DNA of 21,956 nt from Ginkgo biloba (lineage: Eukaryota > Plantae > Ginkgophyta): assembly GCA_024626585.2 (NCBI GenBank), contig JANKJI020000004.1, positions 177,400,167-177,422,122 of the forward strand, in the 5' to 3' direction. Below, one piece after another: positions 1 through 11,405 of the stretch (position 1 is the stretch's first letter; each line of letters starts with the position of its first letter). Below the pieces are notes generated by a model, which was given only the letters and a program-made list of their open reading frames with translations, was not told the origin of the DNA and ran no database searches. A program made the translations under genes and the position numbers.

Positions 1-51
1 GTGTTGGAGATATTTAATAGTTTCGCCACCTTTCCCAATTATAAGGCCAAC
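1..51 (-). CDS. KH-domain RNA-binding protein, coding exon 3 (partial, continues beyond window)
   Basis: Acceptor tttctacag| at 52/51, then VGLIIGKGGETIKYLQH, the canonical KH GxxG loop, in phase 0 with exon 2. The intron 52..204 is GT-AG, 153 nt. Confidence 0.95.
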
Positions 52-204
52 CTGTAGAAAAACAATTGCAATGCATTTATACATTCCAACTAAGCATTGA
101 ATTCAGCCCACACTATGATTTATGAATTATCATGCCTCCTCAAAATGCCAAGTATGCAATTGCATAGAAATTGTCATTATGAGTCAATGAGAAGATAAGT
201 TGAC

Positions 205-341
205 CTTGGCATTTGGAACATCAATTCTCCGAGTTGTACCCTGAAAACTGTAGTACTGGCCCTGTTGTGCCCCTGGGTAAACATCATTGTGTTGCACATT
301 TTCAGTTGCCTGGCTCTGGGGCTTTTGCATTTGACCATGAT
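205..341 (-). CDS. KH-domain RNA-binding protein, coding exon 2
   Basis: Acceptor gacag| at 342/341 and donor AAG|gtcaac at 205/204. The 137 nt read (D)HGQMQKPQSQATENVQHNDVYPGAQQGQYYSFQGTTRRIDVPNAK, ending in the first strand of KH1. Confidence 0.9.
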
Positions 342-1880
342 CTGTCATTATCAGAGCATGGAAGCCAGATATTCAACATTGATGAAATAATAGTAGTCCA
401 CAGAATTCATATTCATAGCATAATTGTTTAAAGAAAAATGTATGTACATCCCCATGGGCATACAACCAAAGTCTACAACACTAAACACATTCAAATAATT
501 CCATTTCATATTCCGCCAGTTTACATACATGCATTATGAATAAAACCCAGTTGCTTACACGACTCCCAAGAGAGATAGAAGCTACTTATTTTGTTCTACT
601 GGAAAAATATCACAATCGGCTTTAATCATTCATATCGGAGAATTACAAACCATACCTAGATACTTAGCACTCATATTTATTTGAGTACACTTGTATGCAC
701 AAGAAAAACACTTCCCTGTTTGGATTTTTTTTTAAATACTTAAAACAAGGGACAATCAATGTCAATATTACCAGAGGAAATTTGTCTGGAGATTTGGCAA
801 GAACCCAAATAGCGGTCTAGCACAACCCCAGGTGGCATTCAAAAATCACATGTACAAAATCCCTGGCAAAGATCAAACAGGATACCCAACAATACTCACA
901 AAATCCCTAACAGTGACCAAATCACACAAAATATATATAATGGTGGAATGGATTATTTTTAGCAGTTATAGGACCTAGGCAGGTCGATGGCTTGCATGTA
1001 GTCTGTGCCATTATCGAGAAGGCTACTCTCCAAATTAAACCCAAGTGTCTAAGTCCACGGAGGAAAAGTCTCCTACTGGTCCCTTTCCGACTCAATAAGG
1101 CACCTCACTACACTTGGTAACGAAATGGTTCTTTCATCGTCCCAATGTCTTGGAACATTTATAACCCCTTGATCCAATGACTTTAAAAGTAATTGTCTAT
1201 AAGCAATGCAACAGCAGCAGTAAGCAATGCATCTATTGCTACCATTTTGCCAAGTTAGGGGCAGAAGTAATGACCTCACTCCAGTTGAAGGCAGCATTTA
1301 CATTAAAAGGCAAAAGGCAACCAGTTTCTGTATAATGCGAGGCTAGCTTCAATTCAATTCAGGGGCAGTGTCATTTCATTAGAATGCTTCGAGACTCTGG
1401 GGAACTACAGAGAAAGTTAGCTTCTCAAATGGACTCGTTCCTGTGATTAATGGGTGGTGCGCAAGTGCATCAGAGGCTGGTCATGATTTCAATCCCCACT
1501 GCGTTAACGGTTTATCCTTTTAACTAAACATTGGATCCAAAGNNNNNNNNNNNNNNNNNNNNNNNNNNNNNNNNNNNNNNNNNNNNNNNNNNNNNNNNNN
1601 NNNNNNNNNNNNNNNNNNNNNNNNNNNNNNNNNNNNNNNNNNAGTGAAGAAGTTTAGACATTATATCCTTTGAAATAAAGTCTGTGCAATTATTCTAGAC
1701 CCTGCTATCAAACTCATGTTAGGACAAAATGAATTTAGTGAAAGAAGACTCTCAAAACTTATGGAGGGCACTAAAAATGCGAGGGTGGAATGAAATAAAA
1801 CTTCAAAAAACGATTGATTGACGGAAAATGAAGCTAACAATTAAGCAATAACAGTAATACAAGATTCTGAGAGTTGGCAC

Positions 1881-2187
1881 CGTAGGAAGCCGTCAACCCA
1901 GCCGGACGTTCGTTGGCGTCGTCGTCCAAATGAGGGCGCTTAGCATCGGCGTTGCTAACAAGGCGGGCAACGATCTCCTGCACTCTCTGCTTGGCGAGCT
2001 GTACCTCGTCCATGGGCGGAGGAACGCTGTTGTACGCCACTTTTTTCTCTGCAGTTGCAGGAGGCGGAGCCGAGGAGAAGCCTGTCCTTCTGCCGCCACT
2101 TCCACCACCATGTTCTGCGTCCTCAAACTTGCGCTTCGACGACGGAACCGAACAGTCCAGAGCATTCCCGTGGCCATCGTCGGACAT
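1881..2187 (-). CDS. KH-domain RNA-binding protein (plant FUBP-like), coding exon 1; 3' boundary uncertain (1881 or 1861)
   Basis: ATG at 2187 gives MSDDGHG...SKRKFED...RRTGFSS...YNSVPPPMDEVQLAKQRVQEIVARLVSNADAKRP. This matches the N-terminus I recall for plant FUBP-like KH proteins (Arabidopsis At2g25970 type). The exon is GC/CpG-rich against an AT-rich background. The phase-1 donor G|GTGCCA at 1881/1880 joins exon 2 in frame. Confidence 0.88.
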
Positions 2188-2210
2188 TTTCACAGAACTA
2201 AAATATACTC

Positions 2211-2273
2211 TCAGCTCTCTCCAAATAAACCCCAAGGGAGCTTTGACCACAAAATATCAAAGAACTTTTGCAT
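2211..2273 (-). promoter_or_regulatory. Candidate upstream ORF (20 aa, MQKFFDILWSKLPWGLFGES*)
   Basis: ATG at 2273 and TGA ending at 2211, with 23 nt between it and the main ATG. It lies downstream of the candidate TATA box. Confidence 0.4.
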
Positions 2274-2318
2274 AACTACTACAGAGACGAAAAGCTTTAG
2301 CCTTTTAACGCTGTGAAA

Positions 2319-2325
2319 TTATATA
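2319..2325 (-). promoter_or_regulatory. Candidate TATA box of the KH gene
   Basis: TATATAA on the minus strand about 130 nt upstream of the ATG; implies a TSS near 2290. Motif only. Confidence 0.4.
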
Positions 2326-2903
2326 CTGATCCACAAAAAAACGAGGAAATGCGTTTTTACTAGGCCCTACTCTTTTTTTTTATCGTTAACATAATATTCA
2401 CCACACGAGGTCAGAAGTGGGGTTGGAATTTTGGTCACGATGGTGAAAAGCATTGACTCTTTACCATAGGGAATGTTCTCTATTTGCCTTATGTGTAATG
2501 TGGATTATTTCTTTCGCTCCCTATTACTCTAATCACGGAATATGCAATGTCACTCTCATAACTCCTCCCACCATGGACACGAGTATCTATTGAAAAGGGG
2601 TGCTTTGCATTCCAGTGTTTCATTTTGCATATCATTGTCTCATTGATTAGGGTATATATGGGTCCCATGGCCATTGTGTTAAATTATTTGCATTTACTTA
2701 TTAGGCACACCATTATTGTAAAGTGAAATTGAGAAAATGTTTGTGGAGTGTTTCAATGCCCCTTTATAGTACTAGCAATACGTTGCCTTTTATTCGATAC
2801 ATATGGAAACAACGATAAATTGAGCTCCTTAGAAGATCTCATATTGTATTCATTTGTGTTATAAAAGGCTTAAGTCAATCAAGGGATTACGCATAATGTA
2901 TAG

Positions 2904-3655
2904 NNNNNNNNNNNNNNNNNNNNNNNNNNNNNNNNNNNNNNNNNNNNNNNNNNNNNNNNNNNNNNNNNNNNNNNNNNNNNNNNNNNNNNNNNNNNNNNNN
3001 NNNNNNNNNNNNNNNNNNNNNNNNNNNNNNNNNNNNNNNNNNNNNNNNNNNNNNNNNNNNNNNNNNNNNNNNNNNNNNNNNNNNNNNNNNNNNNNNNNNN
3101 NNNNNNNNNNNNNNNNNNNNNNNNNNNNNNNNNNNNNNNNNNNNNNNNNNNNNNNNNNNNNNNNNNNNNNNNNNNNNNNNNNNNNNNNNNNNNNNNNNNN
3201 NNNNNNNNNNNNNNNNNNNNNNNNNNNNNNNNNNNNNNNNNNNNNNNNNNNNNNNNNNNNNNNNNNNNNNNNNNNNNNNNNNNNNNNNNNNNNNNNNNNN
3301 NNNNNNNNNNNNNNNNNNNNNNNNNNNNNNNNNNNNNNNNNNNNNNNNNNNNNNNNNNNNNNNNNNNNNNNNNNNNNNNNNNNNNNNNNNNNNNNNNNNN
3401 NNNNNNNNNNNNNNNNNNNNNNNNNNNNNNNNNNNNNNNNNNNNNNNNNNNNNNNNNNNNNNNNNNNNNNNNNNNNNNNNNNNNNNNNNNNNNNNNNNNN
3501 NNNNNNNNNNNNNNNNNNNNNNNNNNNNNNNNNNNNNNNNNNNNNNNNNNNNNNNNNNNNNNNNNNNNNNNNNNNNNNNNNNNNNNNNNNNNNNNNNNNN
3601 NNNNNNNNNNNNNNNNNNNNNNNNNNNNNNNNNNNNNNNNNNNNNNNNNNNNNNN
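2904..3655. other. Assembly gap (largest of 19 N-runs)
   Basis: Run of N. Many other gaps are exactly 100 N, indicating placeholder sizes. Confidence 0.99.
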
Positions 3656-3689
3656 CAACCATCTATACTTGTATGAAATAATTCTATTC

Positions 3690-4450
3690 TTGATTTTTTC
3701 TATGCATGGAGTTTGATTAAGGCATTTATTGAAGGTAACCCAAATGTAAACTCACCAATGGATCAAGGCCTTAGTTCCCACTGAAAGATAGTCATACATA
3801 TGTATATGGATCTTTCATAAGTGCATGCAACAAGAAAGATATATATGGATTTGGACTTATGTAAAGTCCTAGTACCTAACTACTTAAGCTACACCACTCT
3901 CAAGGTTATAGGGTTTTATTGCTAGATTCTATAACTATAAGGAATATGAAGATCTTTTTTTTTCATCTTTTTTAAGATCTTTATTTGGGCAAAGGGAATT
4001 AAAGTAAGAACAAAACTCTATTGATTAATCTTGATGGTAACGGGCTGTTATGAATTACTCATTGAAGGATAAATTGAAGGTTTNNNNNNNNNNNNNNNNA
4101 CATGTTATGGAGTTTTCAAAGAGCACAGGGAGTTTGTAATATAATTTGAAGCATGGTATCTAATACTACATAACAAAGCTTTAATGGATTTTTTCAATAA
4201 GATATTTTTAAAGGATTTGTTTTGCTTGTGATGGATGTTATAAAATAATACAAAGGGAACAATAGGAATAAATATGAAATAGGGATGGTGGAATTGATAA
4301 CAAACTTTATTAAAACATCAATTATTAAGTTTCTTGGATCTATATTTATGATTGAATATTTTACATTTTTCTGTCAAGAATTACACGCTTGAGGATTTCC
4401 ATATTAAAGAAAAAGAATATTTATAACAATCGAGTGGACGTGGATTATGC
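3690..4450 (+). mobile_element. Highly degenerate LINE (L1-like) remnant
   Basis: 3830-3871 reads TRKIYMDLDLCKVL (cf. plant L1 ORF1 ARICVEMDLSKxL). About 4024-4045 reads INLDGNG (cf. RNase H KLNFDG). Many stops and indels. Confidence 0.3.
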
Positions 4451-4736
4451 TTGATCACAAATGACTTGTTCCACAAAATTCAACAAGTTAGTTAAAGCAC
4501 AAGTCCCAGGATAACATAACTTGAAATGAAAATATTGCATTGCATGTTGTATGTTAATGAAGGTGCCAAATGTAATGGATATATCTAATAAATACCAAAT
4601 AAGAATGTATATTCTATGTGCCATGAGTATGTGAATTAAGTCATAATAAATTGAGAATATTAAAGTGTTAGCCATTAATAAGTCCATGCCTTATTCTTCC
4701 CCTTTTCCATATTACAAACATGTAAATCAAGGCTCC

Positions 4737-4757
4737 GTGTGTGTGTGTGTGTGTGTG
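4737..4757. repeat. (GT)10 microsatellite
   Basis: Direct reading: gtgtgtgtgtgtgtgtgtgtg. Confidence 0.95.
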
Positions 4758-7699
4758 AAAGAACAACTATAAGAAGGATCACTAGATAGATGTATAAATA
4801 CTTACCCAAAAAGGGAACATAGTGATCATATCCTAATTGTAATCTAATGGGTTTCCTTTTTACAATTTTGGGTTAGTAAGTTGTTCACTTCTATAGTTAG
4901 GAGGGTTTGCATTAGTTTTATATAANNNNNNNNNNNNNNNNNNNNNNNNNGTGTGGATTAATAGATGCCATCACAACAAAAAGAGAACACTAGAGGATGG
5001 TAGGTCTTTTGTTTGTTTTCTTTATATAGCATTATTAGTTGATTAGGCAATAAGGTTTATGATAGAATTTTGTGAAGAGTGAGCCAAATTTCCATAATAT
5101 ACCATATATCATAAATATAGAATCAGTAATTCCTAATGCAAGAGTTTAATCATGGACAAACCTTTGATGTTGCATTTACATTTGGTAATAACTAAAACCA
5201 CATAGGAAATCCTAATCAAAGGAATAATAATCCTTAAAACCAAAAGTCTAACCCAAACTAAAACAGGTATATTGATGGTAGTAATTAAACGAGAAATAAT
5301 AATAATGTTGGAAATTAAAATAGAAACAATAGTTGGGGGCAATAATAACCATAATAACCTAAACACTACGAATAAACAAAGAAGAAATAGAAACAATCCA
5401 AGGGGATAAAATAATCAACATGGGAATATAAATTAGAACCAAAATTAAGATCATGATCATGTATGATGTACTATAGGGGATCAATTTTAGAAATATAACC
5501 TTTTCAAAATGGCAGAAGCACTTAGTTTATCCATCAATCAATAAAGGAATGCATATAGATGTTTCTTAGGCCTCCTAGAAGCTTATGTAGTTCATGATGA
5601 CTATAATGATATATGTCTTGAGTTGAATTTAGGCTTCATTTCTTGAGAAAATCATAAATAGTCATTCCTTTATCAATGTTGTGTGTTTGTTGAGCTATGT
5701 TATACCTTTTCCTTGAGACATTGCAAATTTTCCTAACCACACCACACATTTTTCCTACTACATTGTGGGTTTTCCCTATAACATCATGGGTTCGCTAAAC
5801 CTAATAAAAGGCAAAATCTTTGACTCTTTTACATGCATTATTCTGCACATGGATTAATGTTGAATATCTGCAAGTATCTATTGTACTTGCAAAGCATTGA
5901 TTGCCTCTTAGCTTCTCAAAGGCATGGTTAATTAAGAATGTGAAGAATCATGAGAAAAGAAGAAGAGATGAAGATAATTAGATAGAAAATAGTAAGGTAT
6001 TTGGATTAATAATATCTCTCATAAACTCGAAACAAAGTTCTATACATTTATGAAAGTTTTTTTATATGTGTGCATAATGGCCAAGGCTCTCTTAAATAGA
6101 TGAGCAAGTTNNNNNNNNNNNNNNNNNNNNNNNNNNNNNNNNNNNNNNNNNNNNNNNNNNNNNNNNNNNNNNNNNNNNNNNNNNNNNNNNNNNNNNNNNN
6201 NNNNNNNNNNTTTATTACCCTTGAGTCAACTTTGTAAAGTTCTTTCTATTAGAGTTAGTGTTATATCTTCTTCTTTGTTTACCTTAGGATCCATTCTAAA
6301 TCCCTTTTTGAGCATTTAGAATCATCAATGAAAGTATGCCATAGTCTAAGGTTCGATATCATCATCTACGTATAAGTGCATCTAGATACAAACTTTCACA
6401 TCTTCCTAAATGCTTTTATCATATACTTGGGTCATCTATATCTTTTACATCCCATTGATCTAAGAAGATAACTCATTCCACGAGTAGAGAACAATTTCAT
6501 CTTCCTTAATCCATTTATAACATTGGACCATTTACAAATTTTACATCTTTTGGATGAATTATAGATTATCATTTCTTTTAAACCAATTGGTGGCATTGAT
6601 AAAGAGAAGAGTAGATGACACCCTACAAATATTTTCACATGATATGAGTTCTATTATACTCACATATCTCAAAGCATAACATAACATGCACATCATTTTC
6701 ATAATTTATACCGATATTGTGTTATTATACGACAACATCGTTATTTTCAACAAGAAAAGAGATAAAGAATTTGAAGTCATTTATACTAGATAACTCTTCA
6801 TTGGGTACAAAATAATTAGGAAAACCAATTTTAATATATATTCCATGTAATTATATATATACATATATTTGTAAGGATAGGATCTATCCATACCCACTTG
6901 CATCTTTCATTATTTTTTCAAATGAGGATGATACCTGTCTATTCCCATTTGATGGATTTTTTGCTCATGGTTGGTATTATTCCCACTTGAGTTATTTTCT
7001 ATACCCTCTCTAGTTTTTGGTTGTTGGATATTATTCAAATCAATAATATATGGTTTCACTCCAAATTGCATGCACTTTTCCTTATCATTCTTCCCTTTAT
7101 TCCTATCACATCAATCTTCATTGATATTTTTTTATATAGGCAACATAATNNNNNNNNNNNNNNNNNNNNNNNNNNNNNNNNNNNNNNNGGAATTTTATTT
7201 TAGCATAGACTAGCTCCCTTTAATCATTACACTTGCTAGGTGCTACAAATATGAATTTATATACTGTGTGATTTAATTAATTTCCAAACGCTGCTTTATT
7301 ATAAGCCTAAAGTATAAACCCTCTTTTCCTTAAAAAACCTTTTATATGAAATAACATGATATATAAAAGAACTTGTTAAAGACTACCACATTTCAAAAGA
7401 NNNNNNNNNNNNNNNNNNNNNNNNNNNNNNNNNNNNNNNNNNNNNNNNNNNNNNNNNNNNNNNNNNNNNNNNNNNNNNNNNNNNNNNNNNNNNNNNNNNN
7501 TTCAAAGATAACATGGCATCTCATCATATGACAACCTTATGGCTTTCAAGAGAATAGTTATAACATCAAGTTTAACTGTCATAAATGTGTGCATAATTAA
7601 TTAAACTACAAAGTGGTTACATGGCTCATAGAGAAGGTTTTCTCCAAAAGGGAATACACCCCTAAATAGGCTATTATAATACATGGACATAAGTCACAA

Positions 7700-9090
7700 A
7701 GGTAACCAACATATATACTATCATAGAATTAAGGTTCAAGGAACTATTGCAAGAAGCAATAAGAGGCATAAGGAGAATGGCCATTGGTGTTTATCATCCT
7801 TGACCTTTGTTGTCTCTTTTACCAACCCCATCCATACCAGACTTTACAAGAGAGAAGAAAGATAAGATAGTTATGATCCTCATCTTGCACTTCATTGAAC
7901 TTTTCCTTATCTCAGAAGAATTGATGTAGCAACTTAAGTTTTTTCCAGAACCAACACAAAAAATTATAATAGGTCCTAGAAATGAGAGCATCGAACGACC
8001 CTAAGTCAACGAGCCTCTAATATTTTGTAGACACCCTTTGACAAATTTCCATGCAACACTGTTAGAGGAGTAACCAATTGTCGATAGATTATAAAACCTC
8101 TGATAATCTATGGACCACTTCGATTGGTGAGAGACATCATCCATAAGAAAAGCCGTAGAAACTATGACATAAAATCAAGATTCCTCCTTCTTGTGAGGTC
8201 TTATTTCNNNNNNNNNNNNNNNNNNATAGGCCTCTAAAATGCATTAGCAAGGAGTCCTAAGTGACAAGAGGCCTTGCCAAAGAATCAACACCGATCCTGT
8301 AAATAAGTCTACATGAAAGTCTCATTTAATAGAGCTATATATGAATCTCTTTGGAATAACTGAACCAGTTGTTAGCTTTCCCTAAAAATCTTTCTAAAAG
8401 ATAATTCTCCTAGACTTTAATTACCCCATGGGATCTAGTTCATAAGATTTAACTTGACTTCAGAAGGTTTCATAGTCTAGAGAGGTGCCATATTTTGCCC
8501 GGGAATCTACCTCCCTATTGTTCTNNNNNNNNNNNNNNNNNNNNNNNNNNNNNNNNNNNNNNNNNNNNNNNNNNNNNNNNNNNNNNNNNNNNNNNNNNNN
8601 NNNNNNNNNNNNNNNNNNNNNNNNCATGATGTATAGAAACCTAGGGAGGACATATGCCTATTTCAAAATGTAATCACCATGAACCTAGATTAGCATGAAA
8701 TCAACCTTCCTTATTGTCTACACCTAAAATTAGTTAGATAATTAAATACTTCAACTAGAAAATTTACCATAATCCCATCACCCCTAAAAAAATCCCACAC
8801 TATTTGGTAACCATGGGAGTCAACCTAGAAGGCATAATTCCCCTAGTCAAATCCATTGTAAAATTCATTGATGAAATAACCATACATACGACATGTGTCA
8901 TATGAACCTATTATAATATCTATGTCCACTCTCATAAGTTTTGTAGAAATATCATGTGAAGTTTATAGGGAATAAATCTTCCCCTGCACACCCCCCCCCA
9001 CTCCCTTAGTTCAATAACAACCAAGTTTTGAATCCCAATCAATAATAAGAAATCTACAACAATCCATTTCCTAATCAAGGAAATAATAAA
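7700..9090 (-). mobile_element. Highly degenerate LINE ORF2 remnant
   Basis: Minus-strand motif ghosts occur in the expected order: DIS.KTYE.VD (~8925-8955; cf. DxSKAYDRVxW), LKYL (~8742-8753), GRLI (~8700-8711), TFM*TYLQDR (~8292-8321; cf. zf-RVT FMWxxxxDR), CVGSGKN (~7938-7958; RNase H-like). Some require frameshifts. Confidence 0.35.
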
Positions 9091-9302
9091 AATGATACCT
9101 CACATAATTCCTTATGAAGAAAATGTGGATTATTTTGTTATTAGATTAATGTAAAGAATTAGAACTGAATTCAAGTAGAGGATTTCAAAAGTTATAAAAA
9201 TTATATTATGAACCTCGATCNNNNNNNNNNNNNNNNNNNNNNNNNNNNNNNNNNNNNNNNNNNNNNNGAAAATAAGAACTCACAATATAACTATACCCAC
9301 TG

Positions 9303-9390
9303 TGAGGGTGGAACCTCCAATACAATCCAATTTGAGGGTGGACACCTCCCAATGCATAAGCAACACTATTATATTGAAGATACCTCCAAT
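9303..9390. repeat. Short degenerate direct repeats tgagggtgga(c)acctc(c)caat
   Basis: Copies start at 9303 and 9343 (40-bp period), with a partial third copy (acctccaat) ending at 9390. Confidence 0.7.
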
Positions 9391-10319
9391 TATCTAACAA
9401 AAAGAATATATAGAAGAGTGATACCTCGTATGTGTGACATGTCCTCCATACACGAGGTTTACAAATATAGAAGAAGGTAAGAGAGAGATAAGTAAAAGAT
9501 AAAAATGAGATACAAATAGACTAGGGGTTTGGGTTTATTACATTAGATCCATTGAGTTCAATAAAAAGAGTTTACTACTGAATTTATCCAGTAGAATTTT
9601 ACATATAGGGTTTTCATTGCACTTCTTCATGAGGAAAGAGATTTTTGGGGGTTGGAACAGTTGTTTATGGGATTTAAAAATCCTAAAGAGACGAGAAACT
9701 TTAGATATCTTTGTAGATGGATTGAGAACATTAAATGGATATAATAGGGATACTATATCCTCCTTAAACATCCTTTCCATGACTAGAGGAGTCAGGGTAT
9801 GAATGGTGTAAAATGTTCATCACCAGGATCACCCACCAATTCGCATCACCCAACTCTCTCCCGAGTCAAAATCTCCCATTCTTAGTACATTATATTATTA
9901 AAACAAATCCATTATATAAATTATCATAAAGTTATTTAAATTTAAAAAGAACTCAATAGTTTGTAATTTTTTATCACTCATAATTATGACCTTTTAGAGA
10001 AGACTTGTTAATGCACAACGTTTTGGTAATATAATAAAAGATCTTAAATGTGTTTATCCAAAATTCTAAGCACCAATATTCTTAGGAATATTTTATTGAT
10101 TCGTGTATATATGAGAGAGAAATATTTGACTTGGATATCGATGAATATATGTGCTTTACTTTTGTAGGGGTTTATTGTCCCAAACTTAGCTTCATTTTTT
10201 TTTTCCTTAGAAAAAAAATNNNNNNNNNNNNNNNNNNNNNNNNNNNNNNNNNNNNNNNNNNNNNNNNNNNNNNNNNNNNNNNNNNNNNNNNNNNNNNNNN
10301 NNNNNNNNNNNNNNNNNNN

Positions 10320-11405
10320 CAACATTATTTCAGTTGGTGTCCATCTTTCTGTGCACCCTTCCCCTTGTATTTTTATGTGGTTCATCATAAAATCAATGGA
10401 AAACTCCCTTAGCATTTTTCTGTGGAGTTAATTTCGGGTGAATATGTGTGTTATTTCTGTCAATGAAGCATCGTTTTGGTGGTGGTTTTATGCATTATTT
10501 TCCCTTCTACATTTTTATTTCATGGGAAACCATTTAAATTGTGTTATGCTTTGTAATTAAACACAAAAACACCTCTAAAATGCCCCCTAACCTGTTAACC
10601 TTGTTGGTTTATTGGTAGTTTTTATCATTTTTTTTTTGGGCGTTGCTTCTCTCCCCATCCTTCATTCGCCGTGGTTTCTCCTCGCTGTAGGGCCGACGTC
10701 CCTCATCTCCCTGTTGTGTTCTCTCTATTGTAGGGTTATCCTTGAGATGTTCATCATCCCCCATGCTGTACCATTTTGCACCATCACTTGGACATCCCCT
10801 TTCTCCCCCTCCTTATCGCTGTGGGCTTATAGCCTCGTACGACCCTGTCGATTCCACCATGGCCTGTGTAAAATTGTTGTGGTCGCCCTACAACACCAAA
10901 ACCCCTGTTAACATTAAAAATACAAATAAAATTAATTAAACACATTAAAAAAATACATCACATTATAAACGTCCCATTTTAATTTTTATTTCAATCCCTC
11001 TCCAACCGTAACCCTGGTTATATGGGCTTTCATGTGTCTAGAAAATAGATCCAAACTTTAAAAAGGTTGAAAGTACTTTTAATTTGGGATGTCATTTTCC
11101 TTAGAGAGTATCTCTAGTTGAAGTTTCTTTGGAGTCCATGGTTTAGTTTTTCAAGCGTGCGTATCCCCCTTGTGTGATAACATTTTGAGCAGTTATCAAA
11201 GTGGGGTAGAATGACATTGGTCATTTGTCGAATGAGCATTAGTCATATTTTCATCCTCAATTTAAACAAAAATAAAATTCTTGTTAATAAAAAAAAAATG
11301 AGGTTGTTAACGTGGATCTCTAACTCCATGTGTCAACAGGCACGTGGTGGAAATTTTTTATGTCAACATCTTTTGGTGCCATTGTCAGGGACCTAAATCC
11401 TTTAA
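10320..11405 (-). mobile_element. Unclassified intron-containing repeat remnant (DNA transposon or Helitron-like 5' part)
   Basis: Acceptor ttaacag| at 10905/10904 precedes a purine-rich exon-like block with a nearly open G/E/R/K-rich frame (MVESTGSYEAISPQR*GGGERG...EEKPRRMKDGERSNAQKK). An 85-nt GT-AG intron (10507..10591) follows, then a further decayed frame. A G-box CACGTG lies at 11341. No transposase or helicase motif is visible, so the class is inference. Confidence 0.35.

Noticed and set aside
213-431. 72-aa + strand ORF
   Set aside because: Antisense to KH exon 2 and starts at TTG.
1073-1297. 74-aa ORF within intron 1 as a possible extra exon
   Set aside because: No recognisable homology and no convincing splice-site pair identified.
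2188-2250. N-terminal extension MVKAPLGFIW... of the listed ORF 1834..2250
   Set aside because: Starts at GTG; recognisable homology begins after the ATG at 2187.
1893-2316. ORFs 1893..2177(-), 1930..2316(+), 1952..2275(+)
   Set aside because: Alternative-frame or antisense shadows of the GC-rich KH exon 1; no independent motifs.
2854-3681. Long ORFs of 259-275 aa and other X-containing ORFs
   Set aside because: Artefacts of translating through N gaps.
9538-9870. Minus-strand 80-aa ORF as LINE ORF1 start
   Set aside because: Position would fit the LINE remnant to its left, but no diagnostic motif could be read.
10612-10911. Hydrophobic 99-aa + strand ORF as a membrane protein
   Set aside because: Antisense shadow of a purine-rich minus-strand block; non-ATG start.
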